Below, piece after piece: positions 40,987-50,451 of a stretch of DNA of 64,000 nt. The stretch spans positions 4,992,001-5,056,000 of the forward strand of contig OZ244744.1 in the NCBI GenBank assembly GCA_965219455.1, in the 5' to 3' direction. Below the pieces are notes generated by a model. It made no database searches, was not told the origin of the DNA, and saw nothing but the letters and a program-made list of their open reading frames with translations. The DNA comes from Candidatus Latescibacterota bacterium (GTDB lineage Bacteria; Latescibacterota; UBA2968; GCA-2709665). A program made the position numbers and the translations under genes. The first letter of the stretch is position 1; every line of letters begins with the position of its first letter.

Positions 40987-41649
40987 CTACACGAACCCCT
41001 CGTCGACAAGCTGGCTCCCACGCGACGTGATCTCATGGCGCTGTCCCGATCCGTTAACCATTCGGCACCAACTTTCGGAGAAGAGCTCGGTCTGAGTACC
41101 TTCTTGCGCCAGTCGATAGGTGAATCCACCGGCCATACCGGGTACGGGAAACCACATTTCCGGTGTATCCAGTTCCAGCAACGGCTCCAGTTCCGGCAAT
41201 CGAAGTTCCTGTTCATCCACCAGGTGTTCGGCGCGACCGCGGATGACGGCGTGGAAGTGCGCTTGAACCTTGAGAAGCACCTCGCGTGGAACGTGGTGCT
41301 CGAATTCGGGAGCCAGAACCCGGATCAGGTGGCGATGCCCTCGCCGTTCCGCCACGTCCACTGCCCGCTCTCCGCGGGCATTCCGGAGCGTCCGCCACGC
41401 GCCCAGATCGATCAGACGCTGGACCACCGCAACTTCCGCGCCGTGCCAGGCAGCCTGATGCAGAGGGGCATGCCAGGACGACCCGCCAGGCCGAATAGAG
41501 TTGACCCACTTCACAGGTTTGGATAGAAGCTCGAAAACACGTGACCAATCGTCGTGTCTGGCGGCATCTGTTACAGCATGCCGGGTCTGAACCGGTTTGT
41601 CGTCGACAGCCCGGGCCTGCGCCAGGCCGTCGCAGTGGATGTCGTCCAT
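40987..41649 (-). CDS. Ankyrin-repeat domain protein
   Basis: DAARHDDW, APLHQAAWHG...VVQRLIDLGA...NARGERAVDVA. Confidence 0.75.
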   Translation of the reverse strand: MDDIHCDGLAQARAVDDKPVQTRHAVTDAARHDDWSRVFELLSKPVKWVNSIRPGGSSWHAPLHQAAWHGAEVAVVQRLIDLGAWRTLRNARGERAVDVAERRGHRHLIRVLAPEFEHHVPREVLLKVQAHFHAVIRGRAEHLVDEQELRLPELEPLLELDTPEMWFPVPGMAGGFTYRLAQEGTQTELFSESWCRMVNGSGQRHEITSRGSQLVDEGFV

Positions 41650-41854
41650 TCCCAGATTATCTTTTGACCCGCTTGTCGCCGATGCACGGGAAGGTGTACG
41701 ACGGTAGGCTTGTCGTCCAGTCGTGGGCATGCTTCGGGTTGCGCCTACCACCACGCATCTGCTTTACCTCCTCGGCGACGATGCAGCGGGAAGCCGCGGA
41801 GCAAGAATTCGTCGGAATGTCGGCCATCGCGTTGGGCCGTTCATGGATTTCTCG

Positions 41855-42074
41855 CGAGTTCTACCATTTTTCACCCCAGCCCCAATTGGTCTCTTGAATC
41901 TGGCGAAATTAAAGGGGCACGTCAAGGCGAGTTCGATTCGAAATCTCCGTTCCGCCATCGATCACTTCATTGACGCCTATAACGAGAACGCTCACCCCTA
42001 CCAATGGAAAGCGACAAGAGTCACCCGGAAAACCATTAATAATAAACATTCTAATTAATGCAAGTCGAGCATAG
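41855..42074 (+). mobile_element. Degenerate IS630-like 3' remnant
   Basis: SIRNLRSAIDHFIDAYNENAHPYQWKA resembles IS630 transposase C-termini. Confidence 0.5.
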
Positions 42075-43708
42075 GAGTCTGCGCCGCAGGAGTTTTTACA
42101 AAGGGCGAGATGTGTCTGTGTTGGGTTCGGTGTTATGTTGGGAGTGGTATGATGAGTTTCGGGCGCGGTCATCGTGGCAGTCAGGCGTGTTGAGGACGAG
42201 ATATTAGGGATCGTGGCTTCCCGTATGTCGAGTCCACAAGGACGGGACGCCCTAACTCATGCCTCAACACATCGTCAACGCTGCCATCCGCTTGGCGTTC
42301 AACGCCAGGCAGACCAGGTCCCACTCGGCACGCACCTTTTCCAGACCCCGGAAGCTGAAGCGTCGGAAGCCCAATATCTCCTTGATCCATCCGTTGGGCG
42401 CCTCCGAGAGCCACTTGCGCTTCGCATACAGGCCCCGACCTTCCGGGCTCGCCAGTTTTTCGCCCATGCGATGCGTCGCCGGAAGCGTCTCCGAATCGAC
42501 GTCCACCCGTTCCTTGCCCTCCCGTCCCAACGCCACGTAACCATCGATGCCACGTTCCTCAAGCGTGGCCAAGTCCTCCTCGTTGCAGTAGCCCGCGTCC
42601 GCCAGAACCGCACCGGGCTTGACCCCGAATGTCTCTTCCACCCCATCCAGCAAAGGGAGCATAAAGCCCTGATCGGTGGCCTGTGACCCCAGATGCGCAG
42701 CCACGATGATCTGACGCTCGGCGTCCACCACCGTCTGCGCGTTATAGCACTGCTGGAAACCCTCCGCGCTCGTCTTCATGATCCGTGACTCGGGGTCCGT
42801 GAAGTTGCTCTGAGCCTTCGGGTCGGGCTCGCCATAAGCTCTTTTGTACGGCCGCCCGCCCTTCGGGTTGCGCTTCTGACCGGGCTTGCGCCCGCGCGCA
42901 TCGTCGGCCGCCCGTTGCGATGCTTTTAGACGCTCCCGAGCCGCCTTGATCGCTGCCAGACGAACCTGCCTGCGCTGCAACTCGACCGGCAACTCGTCGC
43001 CACGAACATCCGCGCCGTAACGCGCGTCCTCCTCGGCATCAATCGACCCAGCCCCCGAAAGCAACGCCTCGATCTCTTTCTCCAGACGAGCCTGTTCCTT
43101 CAACATCCGCTCGTAACTCATGGCCTTACGCTTGCTCGCCTTCGCTCGTACCTTCGTGCCGTCTAAAGAGAGCGTCCCGAAACGTACCAGACCCATCTCC
43201 CGCGCCACACCAACCACCTCCACGAACAAACGCCCGAAATCTTTTAGGTGACGACGACGAAACTCGCAGATCGTCCGGTGTTGTGGAAAATTGCCTGCCG
43301 CCAACATACGAAACGCCACGTCCTCCTCCAGCTTCCGAGCGATCGCACGAGACGAATACACACCCGTCGCGTACCCATATATCAATACCTTCAACATCAT
43401 CGATGGCTCATAAGGTGCGTTGCGACGACCATCGCCTTCATAGGGCGCGTAGAATGATCCCAGATCCAGCGAATCCACCAGATCGCTCACCTGGTGCGAC
43501 AGATGACCTTCAGGCACCCACTCCCGAAGATCAGGCGCCAACAGCAATATCTGGTCCGGGTGATACGCACGAAAGGTCGTCGGCATCGATAGCTCCCTCC
43601 GTTGACACAACTCACAACCTCTTTACTGCTTGACATTTCTCAACTGCACGACCCATTATACCTACCCACACCTGTCCATTGAAATGAATTTTTCTGCGGC
43701 GCAGACTC
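42075..43708 (-). mobile_element. IS1182-family element, copy 1 (1634 bp)
   Basis: IR GAGTCTGCGCCGCAG at both ends. Target duplication ATAG at 42071-42074 and 43709-43712. Confidence 0.93.
42264..43586 (-). CDS. IS1182-family transposase
   Basis: PYEPSMMLKVLIYGY..G..SSRAI, HRTICEFR, LDGTKV, NFTDPESRIM, LADAGY, SEAPNGWIK. Confidence 0.93.
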   Translation of the reverse strand: MPTTFRAYHPDQILLLAPDLREWVPEGHLSHQVSDLVDSLDLGSFYAPYEGDGRRNAPYEPSMMLKVLIYGYATGVYSSRAIARKLEEDVAFRMLAAGNFPQHRTICEFRRRHLKDFGRLFVEVVGVAREMGLVRFGTLSLDGTKVRAKASKRKAMSYERMLKEQARLEKEIEALLSGAGSIDAEEDARYGADVRGDELPVELQRRQVRLAAIKAARERLKASQRAADDARGRKPGQKRNPKGGRPYKRAYGEPDPKAQSNFTDPESRIMKTSAEGFQQCYNAQTVVDAERQIIVAAHLGSQATDQGFMLPLLDGVEETFGVKPGAVLADAGYCNEEDLATLEERGIDGYVALGREGKERVDVDSETLPATHRMGEKLASPEGRGLYAKRKWLSEAPNGWIKEILGFRRFSFRGLEKVRAEWDLVCLALNAKRMAALTMC

Positions 43709-43722
43709 ATAGGAGGCGAAAA

Positions 43723-45429
43723 ATGGCCATCGCTGACATACAACCTCAGCACTTAACACTCGCCGATCTCTTTCAGCGTCGTCTGTTTAGAATTCCCCAG
43801 TATCAACGGTCATACAGTTGGCACCGGAAACAACGAGGAGATTTGTTCGGAGACATCAAAAGGATATCCGACCACGACAGTGATCGTTCACACTTCATGG
43901 CGACTATAGTCGGACTTCGGCGCAGAGTTGATAGAATCGGAACTACGGATCATAAATTTACAGACATTGTCGATGGACAACAGCGAATCACGACGTTAAT
44001 TTTGTTGCTAAAAGCTATCGCCGTTGCATGCGACCACACGGACGCGACTGATGAAATAATACGTGAAGAACTCAAGAAACTGTTGATCAAAGACGACAAT
44101 GCTACCCTTCTATTACTGCAAACTAATCATGATAGTAGCGACTATTTCGCGAATTACCTGAAACGAGGAACACATCCGCCTTCAGACGCCGCGGCGACTA
44201 TGGCTGACTATGAGCTTTTGGCTGCCATTGAGGAGTGTGAGCAGTTCGTAACTGACTGGCAGAACTCCGCTAATTCACTGGGTGACTTGGTTGCTCTCCT
44301 GTATAATAGACTGACCTTTATTTTTCACGAAATCAGCGACGAGTCGCTTGTGTATACTGTATTCGAGGTCCTCAACAGCCGTGGCCTGGATGTCTCTTGG
44401 TTTGACCGTCTTAAGAGCATGCTGATGGCCGTAGTGTTTGATCGTGCGGCGAATAATCAGTCTGAGTTTATCGAGACTGTCCACTCGCTTTGGACCCAAG
44501 TTTACCGCTGTGTCGGCCTGCGATTGGGTCTCAGTACGGAATCCCTTCGTTTCGCCGCAACACTTCGCCATCCCGAATGCCCAAGTCGCCCATTGGGTGA
44601 GGAAGATGCCGCGCTAATGCTTTACTGTCAATCCAAAGAAGGTGCAGAGCAGGTAATTGAGACAACTCGCTGGCTAAAGGATGTTACCGAAGCGGCAGAT
44701 CGAATAGCAGCCAATAGTACGGCGGATGCCGTCACCAGAATTGCGCAAGCTAGAATGGTAGCGACCGCGGTACACTTGCGTCAGGATTTTACCGAAGATG
44801 AAAAAAACAGTATATTTCGCAGATGGGAAAAGGTAACGTTCCGCATATATGGCATGTTTCGCAAAGACGCACGCTCGGCTGTCGGTGATTATGTTCGGCT
44901 CGCTTGGAGTATAATTAACAAACATCTATCCTGCGATGATACACTCGCCAGGCTAGCTGAGATCGGCCGAAATTTTTCAATTGACGAAGCTGTAGATAAC
45001 CTGCGCAATGCAAATTGCTACGATTACTGGGGGGAAGAACTACGATACTTTCTACACAGGTACGAGGAGTACCTCTCGACAAAGGCTGGACAGGACTTTG
45101 ACAACGAGCAATGGCGCCGTATTTGGGTAAACACTGCTGCAAAGTCTATCGAACACATACGACCGCAGAGTTGGTGGAACTCACGAGGCAAAGAGTCAGA
45201 CGAGGGTAGAATGCACGGTCTTGGCAATCTGCTGATACTTCCTCCAGGGCTCAACTCCAAATTGCAAGATAAACCTGCACGCAAAAAGGCAGCCGAATAT
45301 ACCAAGACTGGCCTCCTTATCGCACAAGAGGTCGCCGACGTTGTCTCCACATCTGGCTGGACATTCAAGACAATGAAGGAGCGTGAGGGTCGATTGTTGG
45401 AGTGGGCAATTCAGGAGTGGTCAGACTAG
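43723..45429 (+). CDS. DUF262 + DUF1524/HNH protein (GmrSD-like type IV restriction candidate)
   Basis: IPQYQRSYSW, IVDGQQRITT, FEVLNSRG. C-terminal SIEHIRPQ...LGNLLIL...NS. RBS AGGAGG at 43711. Confidence 0.9.
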   Translation: MAIADIQPQHLTLADLFQRRLFRIPQYQRSYSWHRKQRGDLFGDIKRISDHDSDRSHFMATIVGLRRRVDRIGTTDHKFTDIVDGQQRITTLILLLKAIAVACDHTDATDEIIREELKKLLIKDDNATLLLLQTNHDSSDYFANYLKRGTHPPSDAAATMADYELLAAIEECEQFVTDWQNSANSLGDLVALLYNRLTFIFHEISDESLVYTVFEVLNSRGLDVSWFDRLKSMLMAVVFDRAANNQSEFIETVHSLWTQVYRCVGLRLGLSTESLRFAATLRHPECPSRPLGEEDAALMLYCQSKEGAEQVIETTRWLKDVTEAADRIAANSTADAVTRIAQARMVATAVHLRQDFTEDEKNSIFRRWEKVTFRIYGMFRKDARSAVGDYVRLAWSIINKHLSCDDTLARLAEIGRNFSIDEAVDNLRNANCYDYWGEELRYFLHRYEEYLSTKAGQDFDNEQWRRIWVNTAAKSIEHIRPQSWWNSRGKESDEGRMHGLGNLLILPPGLNSKLQDKPARKKAAEYTKTGLLIAQEVADVVSTSGWTFKTMKEREGRLLEWAIQEWSD

Positions 45430-45548
45430 GAGCCTGTCGGAGTGCCTCGATATTGGCGAATTATCATACAATATATTGATTATAATTTTTCTTATAGCAC
45501 TATATATCGTATTTCAGGAGATGTTGGCATAGGTATTCCGGCAGACTC
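45430..45548. mobile_element. 119-bp AT-rich MITE-like element
   Basis: Ends GAGCCTGTCGGA / TCCGGCAGACTC. Flanks CTAG (containing the DUF262 stop) and CTGG. Confidence 0.7.
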
Positions 45549-45570
45549 CTGGCAGGTTGCTTGAGACTAG

Positions 45571-47204
45571 GAGTCTGCGCCGCAGAAAAATTCATTTCAA
45601 TGGACAGGTGTGGGTAGGTATAATGGGTCGTGCAGTTGAGAAATGTCAAGCAGTAAAGAGGTTGTGAGTTGTGTCAACGGAGGGAGCTATCGATGCCGAC
45701 GACCTTTCGTGCGTATCACCCGGACCAGATATTGCTGTTGGCGCCTGATCTTCGGGAGTGGGTGCCTGAAGGTCATCTGTCGCACCAGGTGAGCGATCTG
45801 GTGGATTCGCTGGATCTGGGATCATTCTACGCGCCCTATGAAGGCGATGGTCGTCGCAACGCACCTTATGAGCCATCGATGATGTTGAAGGTATTGATAT
45901 ATGGGTACGCGACGGGTGTGTATTCGTCTCGTGCGATCGCTCGGAAGCTGGAGGAGGACGTGGCGTTTCGTATGTTGGCGGCAGGCAATTTTCCACAACA
46001 CCGGACGATCTGCGAGTTTCGTCGTCGTCACCTAAAAGATTTCGGGCGTTTGTTCGTGGAGGTGGTTGGTGTGGCGCGGGAGATGGGTCTGGTACGTTTC
46101 GGGACGCTCTCTTTAGACGGCACGAAGGTACGAGCGAAGGCGAGCAAGCGTAAGGCCATGAGTTACGAGCGGATGTTGAAGGAACAGGCTCGTCTGGAGA
46201 AAGAGATCGAGGCGTTGCTTTCGGGGGCTGGGTCGATTGATGCCGAGGAGGACGCGCGTTACGGCGCGGATGTTCGTGGCGACGAGTTGCCGGTCGAGTT
46301 GCAGCGCAGGCAGGTTCGTCTGGCAGCGATCAAGGCGGCTCGGGAGCGTCTAAAAGCATCGCAACGGGCGGCCGACGATGCGCGCGGGCGCAAGCCCGGT
46401 CAGAAGCGCAACCCGAAGGGCGGGCGGCCGTACAAAAGAGCTTATGGCGAGCCCGACCCGAAGGCTCAGAGCAACTTCACGGACCCCGAGTCACGGATCA
46501 TGAAGACGAGCGCGGAGGGTTTCCAGCAGTGCTATAACGCGCAGACGGTGGTGGACGCCGAGCGTCAGATCATCGTGGCTGCGCATCTGGGGTCACAGGC
46601 CACCGATCAGGGCTTTATGCTCCCTTTGCTGGATGGGGTGGAAGAGACATTCGGGGTCAAGCCCGGTGCGGTTCTGGCGGACGCGGGCTACTGCAACGAG
46701 GAGGACTTGGCCACGCTTGAGGAACGTGGCATCGATGGTTACGTGGCGTTGGGACGGGAGGGCAAGGAACGGGTGGACGTCGATTCGGAGACGCTTCCGG
46801 CGACGCATCGCATGGGCGAAAAACTGGCGAGCCCGGAAGGTCGGGGCCTGTATGCGAAGCGCAAGTGGCTCTCGGAGGCGCCCAACGGATGGATCAAGGA
46901 GATATTGGGCTTCCGACGCTTCAGCTTCCGGGGTCTGGAAAAGGTGCGTGCCGAGTGGGACCTGGTCTGCCTGGCGTTGAACGCCAAGCGGATGGCAGCG
47001 TTGACGATGTGTTGAGGCATGAGTTAGGGCGTCCCGTCCTTGTGGACTCGACATACGGGAAGCCACGATCCCTAATATCTCGTCCTCAACACGCCTGACT
47101 GCCACGATGACCGCGCCCGAAACTCATCATACCACTCCCAACATAACACCGAACCCAACACAGACACATCTCGCCCTTTGTAAAAACTCCTGCGGCGCAG
47201 ACTC
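45571..47204 (+). mobile_element. IS1182-family element, copy 2 (inverted relative to copy 1)
   Basis: Same IRs, same length and identical protein. CTAG duplicated at 45567-45570 and 47205-47208. Confidence 0.93.
45693..47015 (+). CDS. IS1182-family transposase
   Basis: Translation identical to copy 1. Confidence 0.93.
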   Translation: MPTTFRAYHPDQILLLAPDLREWVPEGHLSHQVSDLVDSLDLGSFYAPYEGDGRRNAPYEPSMMLKVLIYGYATGVYSSRAIARKLEEDVAFRMLAAGNFPQHRTICEFRRRHLKDFGRLFVEVVGVAREMGLVRFGTLSLDGTKVRAKASKRKAMSYERMLKEQARLEKEIEALLSGAGSIDAEEDARYGADVRGDELPVELQRRQVRLAAIKAARERLKASQRAADDARGRKPGQKRNPKGGRPYKRAYGEPDPKAQSNFTDPESRIMKTSAEGFQQCYNAQTVVDAERQIIVAAHLGSQATDQGFMLPLLDGVEETFGVKPGAVLADAGYCNEEDLATLEERGIDGYVALGREGKERVDVDSETLPATHRMGEKLASPEGRGLYAKRKWLSEAPNGWIKEILGFRRFSFRGLEKVRAEWDLVCLALNAKRMAALTMC

Positions 47205-47208
47205 CTAG

Positions 47209-47680
47209 CCTTAATTCGAAAAAATCAGGTGGCATTTCGTAACGCGGTGCAGATTTTTGGGTACTGTTTTTCGGTCTGTTTGTTCCGTTGCAGGCGCAGC
47301 GTAATACGACCTTCTGGGCGCACGAGGTGGCCGGCGCGGTTGATGGGTTCGAACCGTAGGGTGCGTATCAATTTGAGAGGTCATCGGTTGGTTTTCTTCA
47401 AGTTCCGATTGCGTTGTGTCAAGCCGGTTTCGATTTGGAAATTGGCCAGGAGGTTGTGCGCGAGAATGACGAACTGTTGCCAGGCACTATTGACTTGGTA
47501 ATCGTGTGTGGGAATGGTATCGAAACTGAGTGCGGTCTTGAGTTCACCAATGGCTTTTTCGTGCACGCCGCGCGCTGCCATGAAGCGCCAGAGCGCGCGC
47601 AACTTGACGGGGAGATTGGTGGCGAGTGCCGGGTATTCATAGGTGCCATCATCATCGATATGAACCTCAAAAGCTACCGA
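47209..47680 (-). mobile_element. IS1380-family 3' remnant
   Basis: YEYPALATNL...RGVHEKAIGELK...NSAWQQFVILAHNL, frameshifted tail. Terminus CCTTAATTCG abuts the IS1182 target site. Confidence 0.65.
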
Positions 47681-47755
47681 CTCGAACACGCACATAAGCA
47701 CCACAAACAACACCACTGATCGGGAATTCTAATTGTCGTTGAACCGAAAAAATAG

Positions 47756-48103
47756 TTGACGTTAGTCAAACGACGCCGGTTCACGAAGCAGTACAAGCTG
47801 CGTATCCTCAAGCAGGTGGATGTGTGCACAAGCCCCGGAGAGATCGGAGCGGTCTTGCGTCGCGAGGGGTTGTATTCGTCTTATCTGACCAAGTGGCGCG
47901 ATCAGTTTTTGGAGGTTGGGCGTCGAGGATTGTATTGTGTGAAAGACAATAGTGCCAATCGCCACGATAGGAGAGTGGAGCATCTGGAACAGATCATCGG
48001 GAAACAAGCTGTGATCATTGAAGAGTCAAAGAAACGCTGTAAGGTTGTCGAAGGCGCAGAAAGTGCCTCTGGTTGTTCTGTTGAGAGCGGCTGGGTTGCC
48101 TGA
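47756..48103 (+). pseudogene. IS3-family OrfA-like transposase fragment
   Basis: [14 protein letters not shown]...[21 protein letters not shown]. No integrase-core OrfB follows. Confidence 0.7.
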
Positions 48104-48382
48104 TTGCGGACGCGGGCGATCTTATTTTATCGCTTGACAGGATGCAAGGAAAATGTGAATCTAAACAGGGTGGTTTTGCCAGGAACAAGGCAAAGGAAAT
48201 GATTGAGTGGGTTGTTGCGGGTGAGGACGAGGAAGAAGCTGTGCGGGGTAAATGGAATGGGAAGGACGAGGAAACTGTGTTTCCGACTGATCCGCCAGTG
48301 GCAAGATCGGGGAACGGAAAACTGTCAATGAGGGATTTTAAGGCGTGGCCGGCAAAGAGGTGATAAGGAGGTTTCCTTTCTT

Positions 48383-49024
48383 ATGAGCGGTGTATTCATT
48401 TATTGGGACAACTCAAATGTTTTTTACGAGGCGCAGCGACTCTCGGAGGAGTTGAATGGAGACCCTACTGCCCGTTATCGTGTCCGTATTCACTTTGAGA
48501 ATTTGTTTCGTTTGGCGCAGGCGGATAGAAGTTTGGAGAAGGCTTATGCTGCTGGATCGATTCCCCCGGAGATGAATCAATTGTGGAATCGTCTGGAGAA
48601 TCAGGATGTGGAAGTTTATCTGTTTGATCGTGGTGTTTCCGGCGGTGGAGAACAAGAGACGCCCGACCAATGGCTGCAACTGCATATGATGGAGGATGGT
48701 TGGGACAATATTGATAATCCCGGTGTTGTGGCGCTATTGACCGGTGACGGCGCCGGATACGTTGAGGGTCGCGGATTTCATAGTACGTTGGAGCGATTGT
48801 ATAAGAGAGGTTGGAAAATCGAGGTCTTGTCCTGGAAGCATTGTTGCAATCGGGGGATGCGTACGTGGGCGGAGAATAACGGTGTTTTCGTTGCGTTAGA
48901 TGATTACTATGAGTCAATTACTTTTCTGGAACCTTCTCGTCCGGGTTATCCGTTTGCACTTCCACGCGATGTCTCGGTAATGGATCTGTCACAGCGTCCG
49001 ACGGTTGAGAAGGGAGAAATTTGA
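48383..49024 (+). CDS. NYN-domain (LabA/DUF88 PIN-like) protein
   Basis: FIYWDNSN, EQETPD, ALLTGDG, GWKIEVLSW, FVALDD. RBS AAGGAGG. Confidence 0.85.
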   Translation: MSGVFIYWDNSNVFYEAQRLSEELNGDPTARYRVRIHFENLFRLAQADRSLEKAYAAGSIPPEMNQLWNRLENQDVEVYLFDRGVSGGGEQETPDQWLQLHMMEDGWDNIDNPGVVALLTGDGAGYVEGRGFHSTLERLYKRGWKIEVLSWKHCCNRGMRTWAENNGVFVALDDYYESITFLEPSRPGYPFALPRDVSVMDLSQRPTVEKGEI

Positions 49025-49366
49025 GGGCGGATGGTAAGCCGGCAGCAGCCCGATCTTCAGCGTTCGTTTGACGCAGTCCTCATCACCCTATCTCGCCGCA
49101 ATTTCGTTTATCTCACATCGATACATTCAAGCACATAGGTCTCGAAGACCCGATCTGAAACCGCCCGGCGCAGCCGCTGTTCCAGTGCTCTGAATTGGTG
49201 GGGAAAAGGTTGCGAATAACGGTGGAATATTGTATCTTGATACGTGTAATGGAGGGTGTTGCCGGCGAGGGCGAATTGCTGCAGCGTTCTTACGATGTCC
49301 ATCTTTTCGCCGGGGCAACAATACACGCATTGATGCTTCGCTGCTCGGATCTCGGGCCGCTTTTGT

Positions 49367-49459
<93 letters not shown>

Positions 49460-49536
49460 GAAATATCAATGAGCACATCCCCCGCAGCCGACGGCGGTTG
49501 GCAGGGAAGGCTCGCAACACGAGGTCGGAAACGGAA

Positions 49537-49914
49537 ATGGCGCATGCCATAAAGATCCGGGTGGGAGAGATCGAACTGGATGCGGAGTTGAACGATTCCG
49601 AAACTGCGTCCAGAGTGCTGGCCGCGCTGCCCATCTCCAGCGGTTTCAACACCTGGGGCGACGAGATCTATTTTCAGATCCCCGTGTCCGCCGACCCGGA
49701 GGATCCACAGGAAACGGTGGCGGTGGGCGATCTGGGCTACTGGCCGCCCGGCAAGGCATTCTGTATCTTTTACGGTCCAACGCCCGCCAGCGAAGGGGAT
49801 GAGATCCGGCCCGCCAGTCCCGTGAATCCCATCGGACGCTTGCTGGGGGGCGTGGAGGCGCTTAAAGGCGTCTCCAGGACAGACGGAATCCTCATCGAAC
49901 AAGGCGAAGCATGA
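49537..49914 (+). CDS. Cyclophilin-like fold protein (DUF369 type)
   Basis: NTWGDEIYF, GDLGYWPPGKAFCIFYGPTP, PASPVN. Confidence 0.85.
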   Translation: MAHAIKIRVGEIELDAELNDSETASRVLAALPISSGFNTWGDEIYFQIPVSADPEDPQETVAVGDLGYWPPGKAFCIFYGPTPASEGDEIRPASPVNPIGRLLGGVEALKGVSRTDGILIEQGEA

Positions 49915-49964
49915 ATGGCGAGTGGCCTTCACTTGCTTTGCGCTTCGCGTGTCGTCACATTTGT

Positions 49965-50040
49965 GGGGCTGTAGCTCAGTTGGGAGAGCGCCAGAATCGC
50001 ACTCTGGAGGTCGTGGGTTCGAACCCCATCAGCTCCACCA
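49965..50040 (+). tRNA. tRNA-Ala(CGC)
   Basis: GGGGCTG/CAGCTCC acceptor stem with G3:U70, anticodon loop ATCGCAC, CCA. Confidence 0.95.
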
Positions 50041-50105
50041 GGAAAACAGCCATTGGCCCTCGGCGGTTCCCATCGGCTGAAGGTCTGCTGCTGATTGTTT
50101 TTTTA

Positions 50106-50378
50106 GGTCGTGCTAGACGGGGAAGTAGCGGCGCCCTGTAGCCCGCAATCCGCTATAGCGGGGTTGAATTCCTCGCCTGAGGCTCTTCATTCCGGGACAT
50201 GATTCGGACAGTAAGCAGTGTTGATCGCCAGGTCCTGCGCAACGGACGATTGCCAAACCCCGTCAGGACCGGAAGGTAGCAGCGGTAGGTGACCCGGCCC
50301 GTGTGCCGCGGGGGCCCCTGGCGGGAGCTGGCGCTTTCCGAATACCCCGGCCTGAATGCCGAAGCGGGGTGCACGGCC
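50106..50378 (+). ncRNA. ffs: Large bacterial SRP RNA with Alu domain
   Basis: Helix 8 CCGTCAGGACCGGAAGGTAGCAGCGG. 5' GGTCGTGC pairs with 3' GCACGGCC. Alu-like GGGGAAGTAGCGGCGCCCTGTA. Located before dnaX. Confidence 0.93.
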
Positions 50379-50451
50379 TTTTTAGCGTCCCTTCCCAATA
50401 TCGAATCCCTGTTCGTGCGCGCCGGATGGATCGGTGAGAGGCTGTTCCCGT

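Noticed and set aside
43630-43722. N-terminal extension of the DUF262 ORF
   Set aside because: Lies mostly inside the IS end; AGGAGG supports ATG 43723.
42075-47204. Claim that the IS-DUF262-IS unit has already transposed as a composite
   Set aside because: Outer flanks differ (ATAG vs CTAG) and each IS has its own target duplication.
48142-48363. 73-aa ORF upstream of the NYN gene
   Set aside because: No motif; purine-rich and probably debris.
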